From assembly GCF_011745625.1 (NCBI RefSeq), contig NW_027191490.1, positions 62,001-126,000 of the forward strand: a DNA stretch of 64,000 nt, in the 5' to 3' direction. Positions 22,601-35,797 of the stretch are shown here, one piece after another (within the stretch, counting starts at the first letter, position 1; the number at the start of each line of letters is the position of its first letter). The notes under the pieces are model-generated. The model searched no databases and was not told where the DNA came from. It worked only from the letters and a program-made list of their open reading frames with translations. Position numbers and translations under genes: made by a program. The stretch comes from Cladosporium halotolerans. Lineage: Eukaryota.

Positions 22601-25600
22601 GGTTGAAGTATTCACGGTAATCCGAGCGATGCATTTCCGCAACCAAAGCCTCTTGACTAGGTGTTGCCGGCAAAATGCGTTGGACTTGAGATTTCTCAAT
22701 CTGACTGGGGAGCTTGATAAGGCCAGAAAGCTCTTGCTCGATCTTTTGCAGATGGAAAGCTTCCGTATCCTCGGCGCTGCTTTGCCCAGACTGCACAAAT
22801 GACGAAATGATGCGAGGGATAGTCTGTGCTTTGAGAAGCTGGCTGACTGTGATAGGCATACCATCCCTCTTCAGCCTAGAGGCGAGCTTGACAGCGTCGA
22901 TGCTGTCAAGGCCCAAGGAGAAGACTGTGCTGTGTTCATCGACTTCATGCTCCTCCAACGAAGCAAGACGGGCAATCTCTCTGCGAAGATTTGTGGCTTG
23001 TGCGGTCCAATGGAAGTCGTGAACGCCGTTGATATTAGCGGTACCGTTTGTAGGTCCACTGTTCGTGCTCTGGGAAACGGTGGTGGTTGTGGATACGCGG
23101 AAATCTTGCTCAACACGCTGCGTAGGGTTCCCTGCGATCAAACAAAGCGCAGTGTTGAAAGATTGAAGCATCTCTCTCAGCTTCGGTGCATCGGCAATAT
23201 CACGTCGTGCAACCACTGTTGCGGCAAGTCCACTCTGGGCATCAAGCGTGATCTCGAAGGCAAGAGGGTATTCTGCCTTTGGCTTGTCTTCAAGAGGCTC
23301 TAAGTAGAGGGTTGCAGAGGGTAACGCTTCTTGCATATGCTGGAAAACGAAGAGGGCATCAAAGACCGGATCCGAGGGTGCACGATTTACCCATTTCTTG
23401 ATGTCGCGGAGTGGTGTATGCTGGTAGGGAAGAGCTGCGGCGTTGAATCGATGGCACCTTTGTACAAAAGACGTCCATGTGTCGCCAGGTTGTAGGTGTA
23501 GCGGACTGGGAATGGTATTAAACAAAGGTCCCAGTACCCGATCTGCGCCTTCGAACGCGATCGACCTCCCCGAGACGACCAATCCATAAGTTCCCACTTG
23601 TGGAGCAATCTGATGCAAGGCGATAGCAAAGCAAGCCTGGGCAATAGATTGATGCGACACCTCAAGGCGTTTACAAAGAGAGTCCATGTGGGATGCTTGG
23701 CAGAAAGTCAATGTCTCGACCGGGTCATCATCAAGCTGACCGCCCGGGAGCGCTGGCAGATGCCCGGCAGGCACGTTACCCAAGTATGCCGTCCAGAAAG
23801 ACTTTGCACCAGCCGGACTCGCCAGGGGACCGTAGGCAAGCACATCAGTGAACCTGGGACCACAATCGATGCTCTGACCATGATAAGCTTGGGCTACTCG
23901 GTCCATGAGCATGTCGAATGAGATGCCATCGTAGAGAGCATGGTGCAGGTGTACAGTAAGGTGCGTCGCCGCCGGCGACCGCGACACAGAGATCTCAAAC
24001 GGACTGGTGATCTCGTCTTTGTTGCGAGCGAGCCATGCATTGCGCTGTTCGCTGAGGTGAGCGCTTGCTCCGTCTTGCATCGTTTGCTCAAACCACGGCA
24101 AGTTTTGACGGCGCAGAACGATCTGTGCGTGCCCATCATCAGTCTGCACGAACCTCGTACGCAGAGGCTGTACTCTGTCAACGACTGATTGGAAGGCGCT
24201 CCGTAGGAGTGCGATGTCACATTTGTTTAACTTGTAGCTGAACTCGTTGAAGTACGGGTGGTTATCGCTGCGGACCGATTCAAGGATCAGACCTTGCTGT
24301 AGTGGCGTGCAAGGCGCGACGACCTCAATATCTTCAGCTTTGACGTCTAGTGCCGAAGCCACCGTAGCACGGTAGCGCTGATCGAATGCAGAAATACTCA
24401 ATTGCGCCTGGCGGATGGAATCTGATTCTTCTGAACGGCATGAAGTTTGTGCCAAAGCTTCGGAGAGTTTGCCAATCGTTGGGTTACGCATGACCAGAGC
24501 CACGCTAGCTGTGGAGAATCCAGCGCGTTTCAGCATCGTTGTGAAGGGAATGGCCGAAACAGATGACAGGCCTAGGGAGAAGATGTTGCTGCCGCTGTTC
24601 ACTTGACTGACATCAACTGATAGCATGCGCTCGAGGAGACTGCCAATGACCTTCTCTTTGTCACTCAAAGGTTTGTCAGATGAGGTGTGCCCTTTGACAT
24701 TGTGTAGTTCCGAGACTGAAAGGTGGTTGTAAAAAGACGACAGCCGCTTCGCATCGATCTTGTTGTTGACCGTCAAGGGGATGACATTGACTGGGAGGAT
24801 ATGCGTCGGTACCATGTATCCAGGCAATCGATCGCGACATGACTCAAGTGCCGCTTGTGCCGCAGTGCGAGCCTCGTCCGATGGATCAAGGGAAACCTCT
24901 CGTGTTTGCTTCCGTACTGCAGTGATGAAGAACGTCACCAAGGTCTCCTTGTTGCCTTCACTATTTTTGATCACCAGCGAGGCAACGTCGGCGATGCTTT
25001 CGGATGAAGATTTGATGACAGAATCGATCTCATCAATCTCAAGACGCTGGCCGCGCAGTTTCGCTTGGTTGTCCTGACGTCCGATGAAAAGGAAGGAGCC
25101 ATCGGCGGATTGCCTGACTAGGTCGCCGGTGCGGTAGATCTTCTCTCCGGTCTCTTTCAAGACCGGGAAACCCTTGGCAGTGAGCTCTGGTCTGTTGAGA
25201 TAGCCTTTGCCAACTAGCTTGCCAGACACGCACAGCTCTCCAACAGCACCGCGGAGGACCGGAGTCGTGGTCCCGGGCGCGAAGACGTACGAGCCCACGT
25301 TGAGAAAGGCTGGACCGATGTTTGAGGCCTTTGCATTTGGACCAATGAATGGGTTCATCGTAACACCGATGGTAGCTTCGGTAGGGCCGTATCCGTTGCA
25401 AATGGTCCGGTGAGCACCCCACTTCTCAATGATTTCCTGCTTCAGAGCTTCACCACCCGTGATGAAAACTCCATCCCAAAGACTGGGAACGTCTTCCGGC
25501 TCCAGGATCCGGGCGAGAGATGGCGTCAAATCAATGTGAGTGATGTGAGCATGCTGAATAAATAGAGAGATGTCATCAAGTACCAGGTCTCTCGGAGCGC

Positions 25601-28600
25601 CAACGAGTGTGATGCCGACACTCCAGCTCCAGAACTGCTCAAGAACTGATACGTCGAACCAGTAGCTAGCGAACTGAAGCCATCGTGACTTCTCGTTCCA
25701 TCGTCCCTCAAAGAGCTTCTGGAACGACATCATTGCCTGGACAGCGTTCTCATGGGATAGCTCACAGCCTTTGGGCGTGCCAGTTGTGCCACTGGTGTAA
25801 AGGCAATAACTCGTGCTTTGTGGATCGATGGGCCCTGTGCTTACTGGCGATGTCATGAATTCGCCAAGTTGGGCTGCCGTGAGCTTTACAATAGCGGTCT
25901 GGGTGTCAAAATCTGCGTAACCGCTAGTCTGATCCACAAACAAGACCTTCGCACTGGAGTCCTGCAGGATGAACTGTTTCCTGGCGGCCGGCAGTTCCGG
26001 GTCCATTGCGAGGAACGCACAGCCAGCTTTGAGGATACCAATGAAAGCGAATGTCGCTTCTGGGCATTTGTTCATGCAAACCGCAATGATGTCACCAGGA
26101 ACGGCTCCTCTAGATTGGAGTAAGTGAGCGACCTGATTTGCACGCTTGTCCAACTCTCTGTACGACCATGTCTGACGGCTCTTGGGTGTTGACTCCAGGT
26201 TCCAGACAAACTCGAGGGCCGGCCGATCAGGCATCGTTCGAGCGCCTTCCTCAACGAATTGATGGAGGAGTTGGACAGGAGATGGGAGCGTTGGAAACTT
26301 GGTGGGCGTCGCCGAATAAAGATCTTGAGATGTATAACCCGAGCTGGAAGTTCTTCGGAGAAGTTGAGCGAGCACGTGGTCGTACTGTTGTAGAAGCAAG
26401 CGGGCATGGTCATCAGGCACCACGCCTCTATTGACGGTCAAACCGAGGCTTACGGCTCCTGATGGCGTCGCCTCGAGCTCCATGGAGACATTGTAGTCGA
26501 CTGCTGCAGACTGTCTTAACAGAGGCCAGGAGAAGTCGCCTGAGGACTTGATTGCGGACTTTTGGTACACGAAAACGGAGTCAAACAGATTTTGGCCGGC
26601 GAGATTGGCGAAGCGTTGGATGTCCGAGAGTGGCGCGAACCTGTGTCGCTGGGCGCTGCCGTTGAAATTAGTCATGTCTGCAAGAATGTCGGAAGCTGCT
26701 ATCGATGTATTGCAGAACACCGGCACCGTGGCAATCGCTGGAAATACGACAGAGTCATCAGTGGAACCCATGCGACCAGAGAAGACCGTTCCGAATGTCA
26801 CGCCGCCCTCACCAACGTAAGCTGAAAGGAGCAAAGCCCAAGCGGTCTGACCAGCGGCTTGAATTGTGCAGCCTTGTATCCTACAAAGCTCCTCAAGCTT
26901 GGAGTACGAGAGATCAGACTGCTTGTTGAGACTAAATAAGTCCGATGCAGAGGTGACCACCGGGTTCAGGTTTGGAAAGTAAGTCGGCGCCGCCTTCTCT
27001 AGGCTCGTCCGCCAGAAGTGCTCCGCTTCAGCCTTTGTGTCGTTCGCGCCAGAGAGCATAGGTTGGAGAATGGCGTCGATATTCGATGGCGAGCCAATGG
27101 GGCTCTGTCGCAGAGCGGTCTCAAAATCGCAAAAGAGCAGTTGAAGACTCTCGGCGTCGTACAGCGCGTGATGTATAGAGAGCGTCATCTTGCGGTGCGG
27201 TTGTGCCTCATCAAATGTCACTTGCCAAGTAGGCTTGTCCAGACCCTTCACGATGGTAGCACTGATCTCCGTTTCATCTGGAACACCATCCACCCATGGA
27301 ACGACTACTGCATCAACGCGGTAAATGATCATGGCGAACGGACAGTGGCCTTCTTCAGTCTGACCGAATCCCATGCGAAGAGCTTGGTGCTTGCGTTGGA
27401 CTCGTTCCCATGCCGACATGAGATCCTCCGCATTGACATCATCAGGTACCTCGTAGGTGATGTGGTTGACGTACAAAGCACCATTCGATTGCAAAGACTG
27501 AGCAATCATACCGTTTTGAGCTGCAGTGCAGGGCCGTAGACTCTCTGCCACATTCCACGGGATATTGTGGGCGTCCATTAGACGTGAACGGCGGTCCGAG
27601 TCGTACTTTGCAAAATCGATGGCGGCAGTATTTCCATCAACATGATCGGGATCAGACTTCGCAGCCGCAGCAGCAAGAGCCGCGGGAGTACGGTATTCCA
27701 TGACGTCGGCTGCGCTAACTGGCAATCCCTTCGATCTCAGTCGAGAGGCTACCTGAACGGCGTTCAGACTGTCAAGACCAAGTCTGTAGAGTGATAAATG
27801 CTTGCCGATCTTGGATTCGTCGACCTTAGAGAAGTGGCTGAAGGTCTTGCGGATGAGACTTTCTGCTTCGTTCCAGGTTTGTGAGGATGCGTTGCCGTTC
27901 AATGCAATGCTTGCTTCCCGTGGGCGGGTATCGCTAGCAATGATGCCCTTGAGCTGAGGATTGACTGAAGGCAAGTCACGCACATCGCCTGATGGATAGT
28001 GCACACAATGCTTGAGTGATTCGATAAAAGCATTCGCAACGATGGCAGCACTGTCTGTGGAAAGGTAAAGAGTGTCATAGTGGACAACGAGCTTGCGACT
28101 CTCTCCATCCTGAACAAGCTCGAGGACTAGCGGCAGATCCATCAGGCCGTCGTCTTTGGTGATCTCCCAAATGGTGTTGTCGAGCTCCTGTGATGGGGGT
28201 TGAACGAGCATCAGGGAGTCAAAGAGGTGAAGATCCGGGGTATGCGACAGAGCTTGTATGCGCCTAAGGGGAGCCAACTGGTAAGGGTCGGCATTGAGCC
28301 TTTGCTTGTGCAACCTTTGAACAAGTCCGATGTTTTGCAGGGATGGACCAAGGCTGACTCGAACGGGGACCGTATTGAAACATGGGGCAATGATGCGATC
28401 CACACCAGGCACTGCGACTGACCTGCCGCTTACCACATCACCAAAGCAAACGTCGTCAGTGCCTTGTGCGGCAAGAAGAACTTTAGCCCATGACGCTTGG
28501 AAGAGACTGGAAGCGTTGACATCGTGTCTTTTCGAGAAGGCATCGATGTCGCTTGTGCTGGTCTTCAGAGGGAACACAGCGCAATTTTGCAGCCTTTGGC

Positions 28601-31600
28601 TGCCAGCATTGAGTCGACGAGGGAATGGCTTTGCACTAAAGCCGCGCATAGTTGATTCCCAGAAAGCGAGCGCACTAGGACCAGATTGCGACTGAACTTC
28701 ACCCAGGAAAGGCGCGAATGAAGGAGCCTTGGGAAGTGTCTCCTCTCTGTAAAGGCTTTGCGCTTCGTCCAAGAGGACGGAGATGGACGTGCCATCATAG
28801 ATGGCATGGTGCATAGAGAGAACGATCTCGGGGCTATTGCTCTGGTGGTTGGCCGATACATGGAATGGATGTCGCATATTGATATGCGCGAGATCGCCAT
28901 GTTCAGGAATGTCAGACCATGGCAGTTGAACACCATCGAGAATCACTTGTGCGTAGGGATGATCCGGGTCCGAAGTCTCACAGAATTGAGTGCGCAAAAT
29001 TGCGTGCCTATCCATGAGCGTCTGGAAACAATTTTTGAGCTTGGCCAGATCGCCGTGGATAGTGAAAGCGGTGCGGTTGGAGTACGAAGCGCCCGACGCA
29101 GAGGCACCAGCGGAAAGCATCGCTTCCTGCAAAGGTGTGCAAGGAAGGACTGCAGCTACGTGGAGCGAACCCTTTGCGAACTCACTTTCGATGTCTTTGA
29201 TCGTTTGTGGCGAAAAAACGTGACTCAGATCCGTGCTTTGCTTCTCGCTTTGCTGTGGCTCGTTTGCGATTGTTCGGGCCAGACGCGCAATACTTGCATT
29301 GCGGAGGATGGTGCTAACGGCAGTTTTTCGTCCGAGGCGCTTATCGATAGATTTGGCCAAGGCGATCGCGTTGATGGAGTTCAGGCCCAATGCAAAGAAA
29401 GAGGTGCTCCGGCCGATGCTGCCTGAGGGCAGATGGATGACCGTCTCCAGAGCAGATGCAAGCTCTCGTTCGATTGCCGTCCATTCGCCATCATCAGCCT
29501 CAGTGTGCCCTGACGCGCGGAAGTAAACATTATTGTTGCCCTCCTCGAGTTGTGAGACTGAACCTTCGAGACGGCGTTTGTCCAGCTTGCCTTGCGCGGT
29601 TCTTGGAAGATAGTTTACTGGGATGATCGCAGCTGGGATCATGTAAGGCGGCAAAGAGCCTTCAAGCTTCTCGTACAGTGCATTCACCTGATCCCTCAAC
29701 TGTTGTGTCGGCTGCAAAACTTCAAACCCCTTAGCGCCAACATCAGCTGGGATCCAAAATGAGGCGATCGACTGCGTGGCAGCATCCTTGCCAAGAACCA
29801 TCGTAGTGCAATCCTCAACCCAGGTCTGAGATAGCAAGCTTGCGTTGATCTCGCCTAGCTCGATGCGGTTACCACGGATTTTGACCTGATCATCAAGTCG
29901 CCCGCTGATGAGGATGGTGCCATTGGGAAGCATCCGTCCAATGTCTCCCGAACGATACACACGGCCGTACTTCGGATGCGCAATGATCTTCTCGGCATTC
30001 AATTCTTCTCGACCGATGTAGCCTCTGAATACTTGCTCACCACCAAAGGCAAGTTCGCCCACAGCACCGAAAGGCAAGATCTCGAAAGGACCGTCCACAC
30101 GGATGACGAAAGCAGAGGTGTTGGGAAAGGCAGGACCGATGTTTGAGATGATGTCCGTCACCGGCATTTGTGGGTTGACAGTACAAATGTTGGTCGTTTC
30201 AGACGGACCATAACCCTGATGAAGGCCTTTGCCAGCCCACCTCCGGTGCACGACGTCAGTCATTGCTTCACCTGCGGTGACCAAGAAGCGCACAGCCGGA
30301 ACATTTGCGGGATGGACGAGCGCGGCGACAGTTGGAGTAAGCGACAAGTGAGTGACCTCGAGAGCGCGAATGCCGTGTTCGATGTCCGAGAAGAGCTCAT
30401 CCTTGCGTGAAAAGCAAAGAGGCATGCCCTTATAGAACGCAAAAAAGATCTCGAAAACACTGACGTCGAAAGCCTGGGAGCATGCCTGAAGTAATCGGTC
30501 GCCCGGTTCAACTGAATAGATGTCTGCCAGTGCTGACAGATTGCCGAGCAAGTTGTCTTGAGTGACGATGAGCCCCTTAGGTGTGCCAGTGCTGCCACTC
30601 GTGAAGATGGAGTAAGCGGCATGTGACCCGTGATACGAAAGGTGTAAGTTATCGCTAGGATATTGCGATAGATCGATTGCGTCGACATCAACGAGGTCAT
30701 TATTGATGGCTGAGCGGGCTAGACTGGGTACAGTCCCATCGCAGAGGAATACCTTGACGTCGGTCTGTCCAAGTATCGAAGCAAACCTTTCTTGGGGAGT
30801 GTCTGGTAGCAAAGGCAAATATCCGGCGCCAGCCTTGAGGACTGCAAGGATTGAAACATAGAGCTGCAAGCTTTTGTCCATGCAGACACAGACAAGGTCA
30901 TCGGGCTTTACGCCCTGCGAGATAAGATGTCGTGCTAGTTGATTTGCTTGAGCGTGCAACTCGGCGTAGGTAAGCGAATGCATACGGGTGTCAGACGGTG
31001 TCAGCGACTCGCCGTATATGAGTGCTTGAGAAGACGGCATTCGCTCGGCGACACCCTCCAAAACCGCAACAAGCCCATTCGGATGCGGGTGACCCACTGG
31101 CTTTGGGTTATCGATTGAAAGAACATGATAGGGTAAAGAGTTCGAAATGCTGGTGACAAGAGCCTGGGGCGAATCCATGAACTGCTGAACGACGCTCCGC
31201 AGCTGCTCAGCAAGTAGATCAACTTGCCCGAGGCACATGCGATTGCGCTGGTATGTCACACGAATTGCCAAATCGTCCACTCGCGGTTCAACCTCCAGCA
31301 CAAGATTCAGCTCATGGTGATCCGCCGAGTCAATTTCGGAGACAAGGCTGGGTTTGTCGAACGTGGATTCTTGCCATATGAAGAGGGTATCGAACAAGGT
31401 CTCATTCGAACCATAGTCCCCGATCTTCTTCACATCCGACAGTGGAGTGTCTGAGTGCTTGAGCACAGTCCGATTCTGGTCGTGCACCAACCGAACCAGG
31501 TCTTGGCAAGTTCTGACTGCGTTGATTTCTGCACGTGCAGGAAGCGTGTTGAGACAAGGTCCGACAATGCGTTCCACGTCGGCGACAGGAATATGACGCC

Positions 31601-34338
31601 CGGAGAATACCGTGCCATAGATGACATCAGAAGCTCCTGTGTAGAGACTGAGAATATACGCGAACGCAGCTTGTACCATAGCTGGAGCACTGCAATTCAG
31701 CTCGCGGGCCTTGTGCTTGAGTGAGGCAGAAGGTATCTTTACCGGCAGCCACGCGGTCCTCTGCAACCCTCGCGATACTTTTTCTCCGTTGAGTTGCGGC
31801 AGAGGTGTTACGGCTGCGCCGCGAAGATGTGACTGCCAGTACTCATGGCTGGCTTCAAGGTCGTTGTCTTGGATGGGCTTGTTGTAGTATGCCACTATGT
31901 CGCTGTATGAAGGCCGAGCTAGCAAGCTCTGACCTTGTAGCAATGAGTCCAGATCCTGTTTGATGACGTCCATAGACCATTGATCGTAGAGGGAGTGATG
32001 CAGTTGAAGAAGGATTTTGACGCCTGTGTCAGATTGTCGAAGCTGTATCGGCCGAGGTCGAAACAGCTGAGCATCATCACTGGCTTCAAACTCATAGCTG
32101 AACTCTGCAACCTCTTGCACTGCGGGAGACTCGCCCTCCTTCCAAACGACGGCGGCGTATGGGTGCGTCGCATTGTGCAGAGCCATGAAGCCAGCCCTGA
32201 GCATTTCATGATGGGCCGTCAGTGCATGGATAGCTTTCTTGACATCATTTGACGTCCGCTCAATATCAATTTGCAGCTCGATCCAGTTGCAGTAAGCAAG
32301 CGGATCCTTTGCGGTCTCAGCCAGCATAGAGCTCTGGACAGCAGTGCATGCGACAACATCTTGGATCTTACTAATGTTTGCCGACAACCTTTCGTGCGCC
32401 TCAAGCACAGATTTGATGTCATCGGCATGTAGCAACGATGACTTCCTTTGGTCCGGCTGTTCTAGAACATTTGACTCCTGAAGGCGTTTCTGGAGATCGG
32501 CTAAAGTCCCTCCTTCGAGAACATCGGTGGCGCTGGAGCGAGGGAAGCCGTTTTTCTTTAGATGAGAAGCAATGCGGATGGATGAAAGCGAGTCAATGCC
32601 AGCGGCAGCAAGGCTTGGAAGGCGTAACACATCGACCTTCAATACGTCACTGATGAGCTTGGCAAGTTGCCTCTGTCCATCATCCACCTCCATTGCATGA
32701 GACATGTCCTGAGATTCCCGGTAATCTTGATGCAGCTTCTGCAATGACCTGCGATCAATCTTGCCCGATGCTAGGTAGGGCATGGTGTCCAAGAGCAAAA
32801 CGTCGGTTGGTACCATGTAAGGTGGTAGCCACTTCTTGCATGTTTCTTGAACGCTCGCTTCGTTCAGCTCGCCTGAGCTGGAAACACAGAAGACCACCAA
32901 TGTGTCAGAAATCACTTCGGCGACGACGTCACGGCACCCAGGAGTCCGAGATGCCGCATACTCAATCTCGCCAAGCTCAATACGCTGTGAAGATGTTAGC
33001 CGGAAACCCAAAGCTCGTCGAGGAATATCTCATTCTTACCTGACCGCGGAGTTTCACTTGGCCGCTGGATATACGTCCCAAGCACATCAGCCTTTGCTGC
33101 GAATCGAGCCTAGCTCGGTCACCTGTGCGGTATAACTGGCCGAAGTCAGGATGATATACGAAAGCAGCTTTCGTTTGCTCTTCGCGGTTGAGGTATCCGT
33201 CTGCTAGCTGGTAGCCACCAACGGCAAGTTCACCCTCTTCGCCTGCCGGCAAGATCTCCACGAGATGACTCGGATGTTCCGCAGAAGCTGGCCTGATAAC
33301 GAATGCAGAGACGGTGTCAAGTGGAATGCCGATGTTATTGACAGGCATTTCTTTCTCGAAATTAGGTTGCAGGGTACAATGAATGGTGGCCTCGGTAGGG
33401 CCGTACATGCCATGAAGCACAGCCGTCTCCTCAGGCGAACCGCCAAAGTCCTCTACCACTGATTGCTTCAACATCTCACCAATGGTGAGGAGGACCTTGA
33501 GATTGGGCACACTACTTCGGCCCATAAGTAGACTGTTTGCCACGGATGGTGTAAGCTCTGCAGCGTCCACTTCAAGCGCGTTGATCGTAGCGGGCAAGTC
33601 GTTCAACATAGTCTTTCGCTCGCACACGACAAGCGTGCAGCCCCGGAAGAGCGGGAAGAAGATCTCAAACACAGAGACATCGAAAGTTGGGCTTGCGAAT
33701 TGCAAAAAGCGTGAGAAAGCCGGAATGTGGCGATCGTGTGCCAATAAGGCTTGTGTAGCTGCAGAGTGAGACAAAAGGACGCCTTTCGGCTGACCCGTGC
33801 TCCCACTGGTGTACATGACATAGGCCGGCATGGTGGGCTCAATTTCCACATCAGGTGGTTGGCAAGCTCCGCGCTGGATGATCTCGTCCGCCGTCACTAC
33901 CGAAACACCTTCGAGATGCGGCAAGCGGTCCTTGAGCTCAGAAGTTGTGATGAGCACGCAGGCAGATGTGTCCTTCAGTATGAAGCGAAGACGCTCCTCG
34001 GGAACGTCCAAAGTGAGTGGGCAGAATGCCCCGCCGGCTTTCAAGATCGCCAGCTGAGTGAGGTATAATTCAGGACATTGTCCTATGAAGACAGGGACGA
34101 TGAACCGTCCGGATACAGGCAAGGCGCTACTTGTTCGGAGGTCATGCAAATGGTTGGCCAGAGTATCTGACTTTTCGTGAAGATCGCTGTATGTGATGGA
34201 GTGCCTTTTGCCAGTCTCATCCTGGTAATCCAGCGCGGGTATAGTGTCGGTCACATCGAACTTTACAAGTTGATGTAACAGCGCGGGCCCTGAACATCTC
34301 TGCGGATGGGGGTTTATGATGGACATCGGAGTTGTCAT
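19624..34338 (-). CDS. NPS2: Ferrichrome-type (ferricrocin) siderophore NRPS, A-T-C-A-T-C-T-C-A-T-C-T-C-T-C
   Basis: Three A domains (YTSGSTGQPKG, FTSGSTGTPKG, YTSGTTGTPKG); six T motifs (GIDS, GLNS, GLDS, GLSS, GLDS, GIDS); six C motifs (HHSLYD, HHAIYD, HHALYD x3, AHAQYD); introns 33039-32985 and ~19826-19768 join the two ORFs and give the real C-terminus; clustered with sidA. Confidence 0.93.
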
Positions 34339-34704
34339 GGCGTCAGAAGGCCTTGGATCCAGCAAGGCCGCTGTGAGTTCGTTTCTCGAGGTTAGGATCA
34401 ATGATGGGATGTTGTTTGACAAGTCCGGCAGGTTAGGTGTGGTGCAGGTGTTTCCTTTCGCGCGCTCTCATCGCAGTGGATAGACTAAGTGGCGAGGCAG
34501 CTGTAGAGGCACTGGCGACATCGTACGGTAGTCAGCATGGAGTGTCACGCGCAAAGCACTGACACTACGCCAGCGAACAACTGAGCCCGCCAGGCTACAG
34601 AGACCGATGTCGCTTAGGCTTCGTGGTCGTCAATAGTCTACAATGCCCTCCCTCCAGGTGCGCTTCCCGATGACGATGGCGGGTTTGATCTGATTAGGAT
34701 TTTC

Positions 34705-35482
34705 ATCTGATAATTTTCACGGAGCCGACAAAACGCCAACCAAGCTTGACGCGCCTCTAGGCCGTGCACTTCGGCACTCCGCGACCAGACAGGCATCACT
34801 CTGGTTCTCCAGCCATCAACGGAACTTACCACACCAGAAGCGCCTTCAACGACTGGCGACTCCCCGCAAAAAGCCGGCGCAGTCATCGGGCATCCTCGGC
34901 GACTGGGCACGGCGGGCGATGATGTTACTTCACACCACAAGCTGTTATGCGTGGGCCAACGCCAACGGCGACCTGCATCACGAGGCGCCCTGCAGCCGAC
35001 TCCTGCGGCGTCTAAGGAGCAGCCCCCCAACCCTACTGGGTTCGACCCAGAGCCATGCCGCTGAGGACCCGCGCGTGGAGCTACGTCGGCGGCGCGTTTT
35101 CTGGTCGCGAGCTAGGCACTGTTAGCGCGATTAGATTGATCTAATCGGCTAATAGAATTTTATCAGATGCATCGTTGCATCAGATTACAGAAGATCTTTT
35201 CTCAGTTGGGCCCAGCAGCCGCGTAGAGCTCCACCACGACCGGCACGCACTGCGGTTTGATCAAGCGAGGAGAAAACTCTTCATTACTTCGGCAGCCACT
35301 TACACAGGGAAGGCAGGAGCCAAGTGAGGCGCCCACCCGTGGCCTGGTACGGCCGCGTGGGCCTGAGATGTTGCTGTGTGTCATCTCAAAAAGCCTTTGC
35401 ACTATGGCACGAAGCTTTCGGGGTCAGTTGCATTGTCCACACCTCGGCATATTCGCAGAGGCTGGCGTGTCTTTTATCAGAT
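34705..35482. promoter_or_regulatory. SreA/Sre1-type iron-responsive GATA elements in the NRPS/ABC bidirectional promoter
   Basis: ATCTGATAA 34705-34713; TTATCAGAT 35160-35168 and 35474-35482; near matches ATCTGATTA ~34688 and ATCAGATTA ~35179. Confidence 0.75.
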
Positions 35483-35797
35483 CGTCACCGCCGGGCCATG
35501 CTGCAGTGTAAGTTCAGTAACATTGGTGGTTCCTTGTCCCGCCTTACTGACTTCGCCAATCATCATTTTGGCGGAGACGGGGCTAGCCATCCGACTTCCC
35601 GGCATTGGAAATTGTGGTGTGACAAGTTTCGACTCTCGCACACCATGACAGTTGTATGAGGAGCGTTGTCGGGGCCTATCTATTCTTCTAAGCGACTCTA
35701 GTCGTGCTCAGCCAGATTGGTATTCGTTTCTATCGTAATGCTGACATCCTTTGACATCCCACACCCGACATTCGCGACAGGTGACGCCTGTTGCAAA

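Noticed and set aside
32977..33040. Apparent frameshift splitting the NRPS into two ORFs
   Set aside because: Explained by a canonical 55-nt intron (GTAAGA...GCTAAC...CAG) restoring KLRGQ|RIELGEIE
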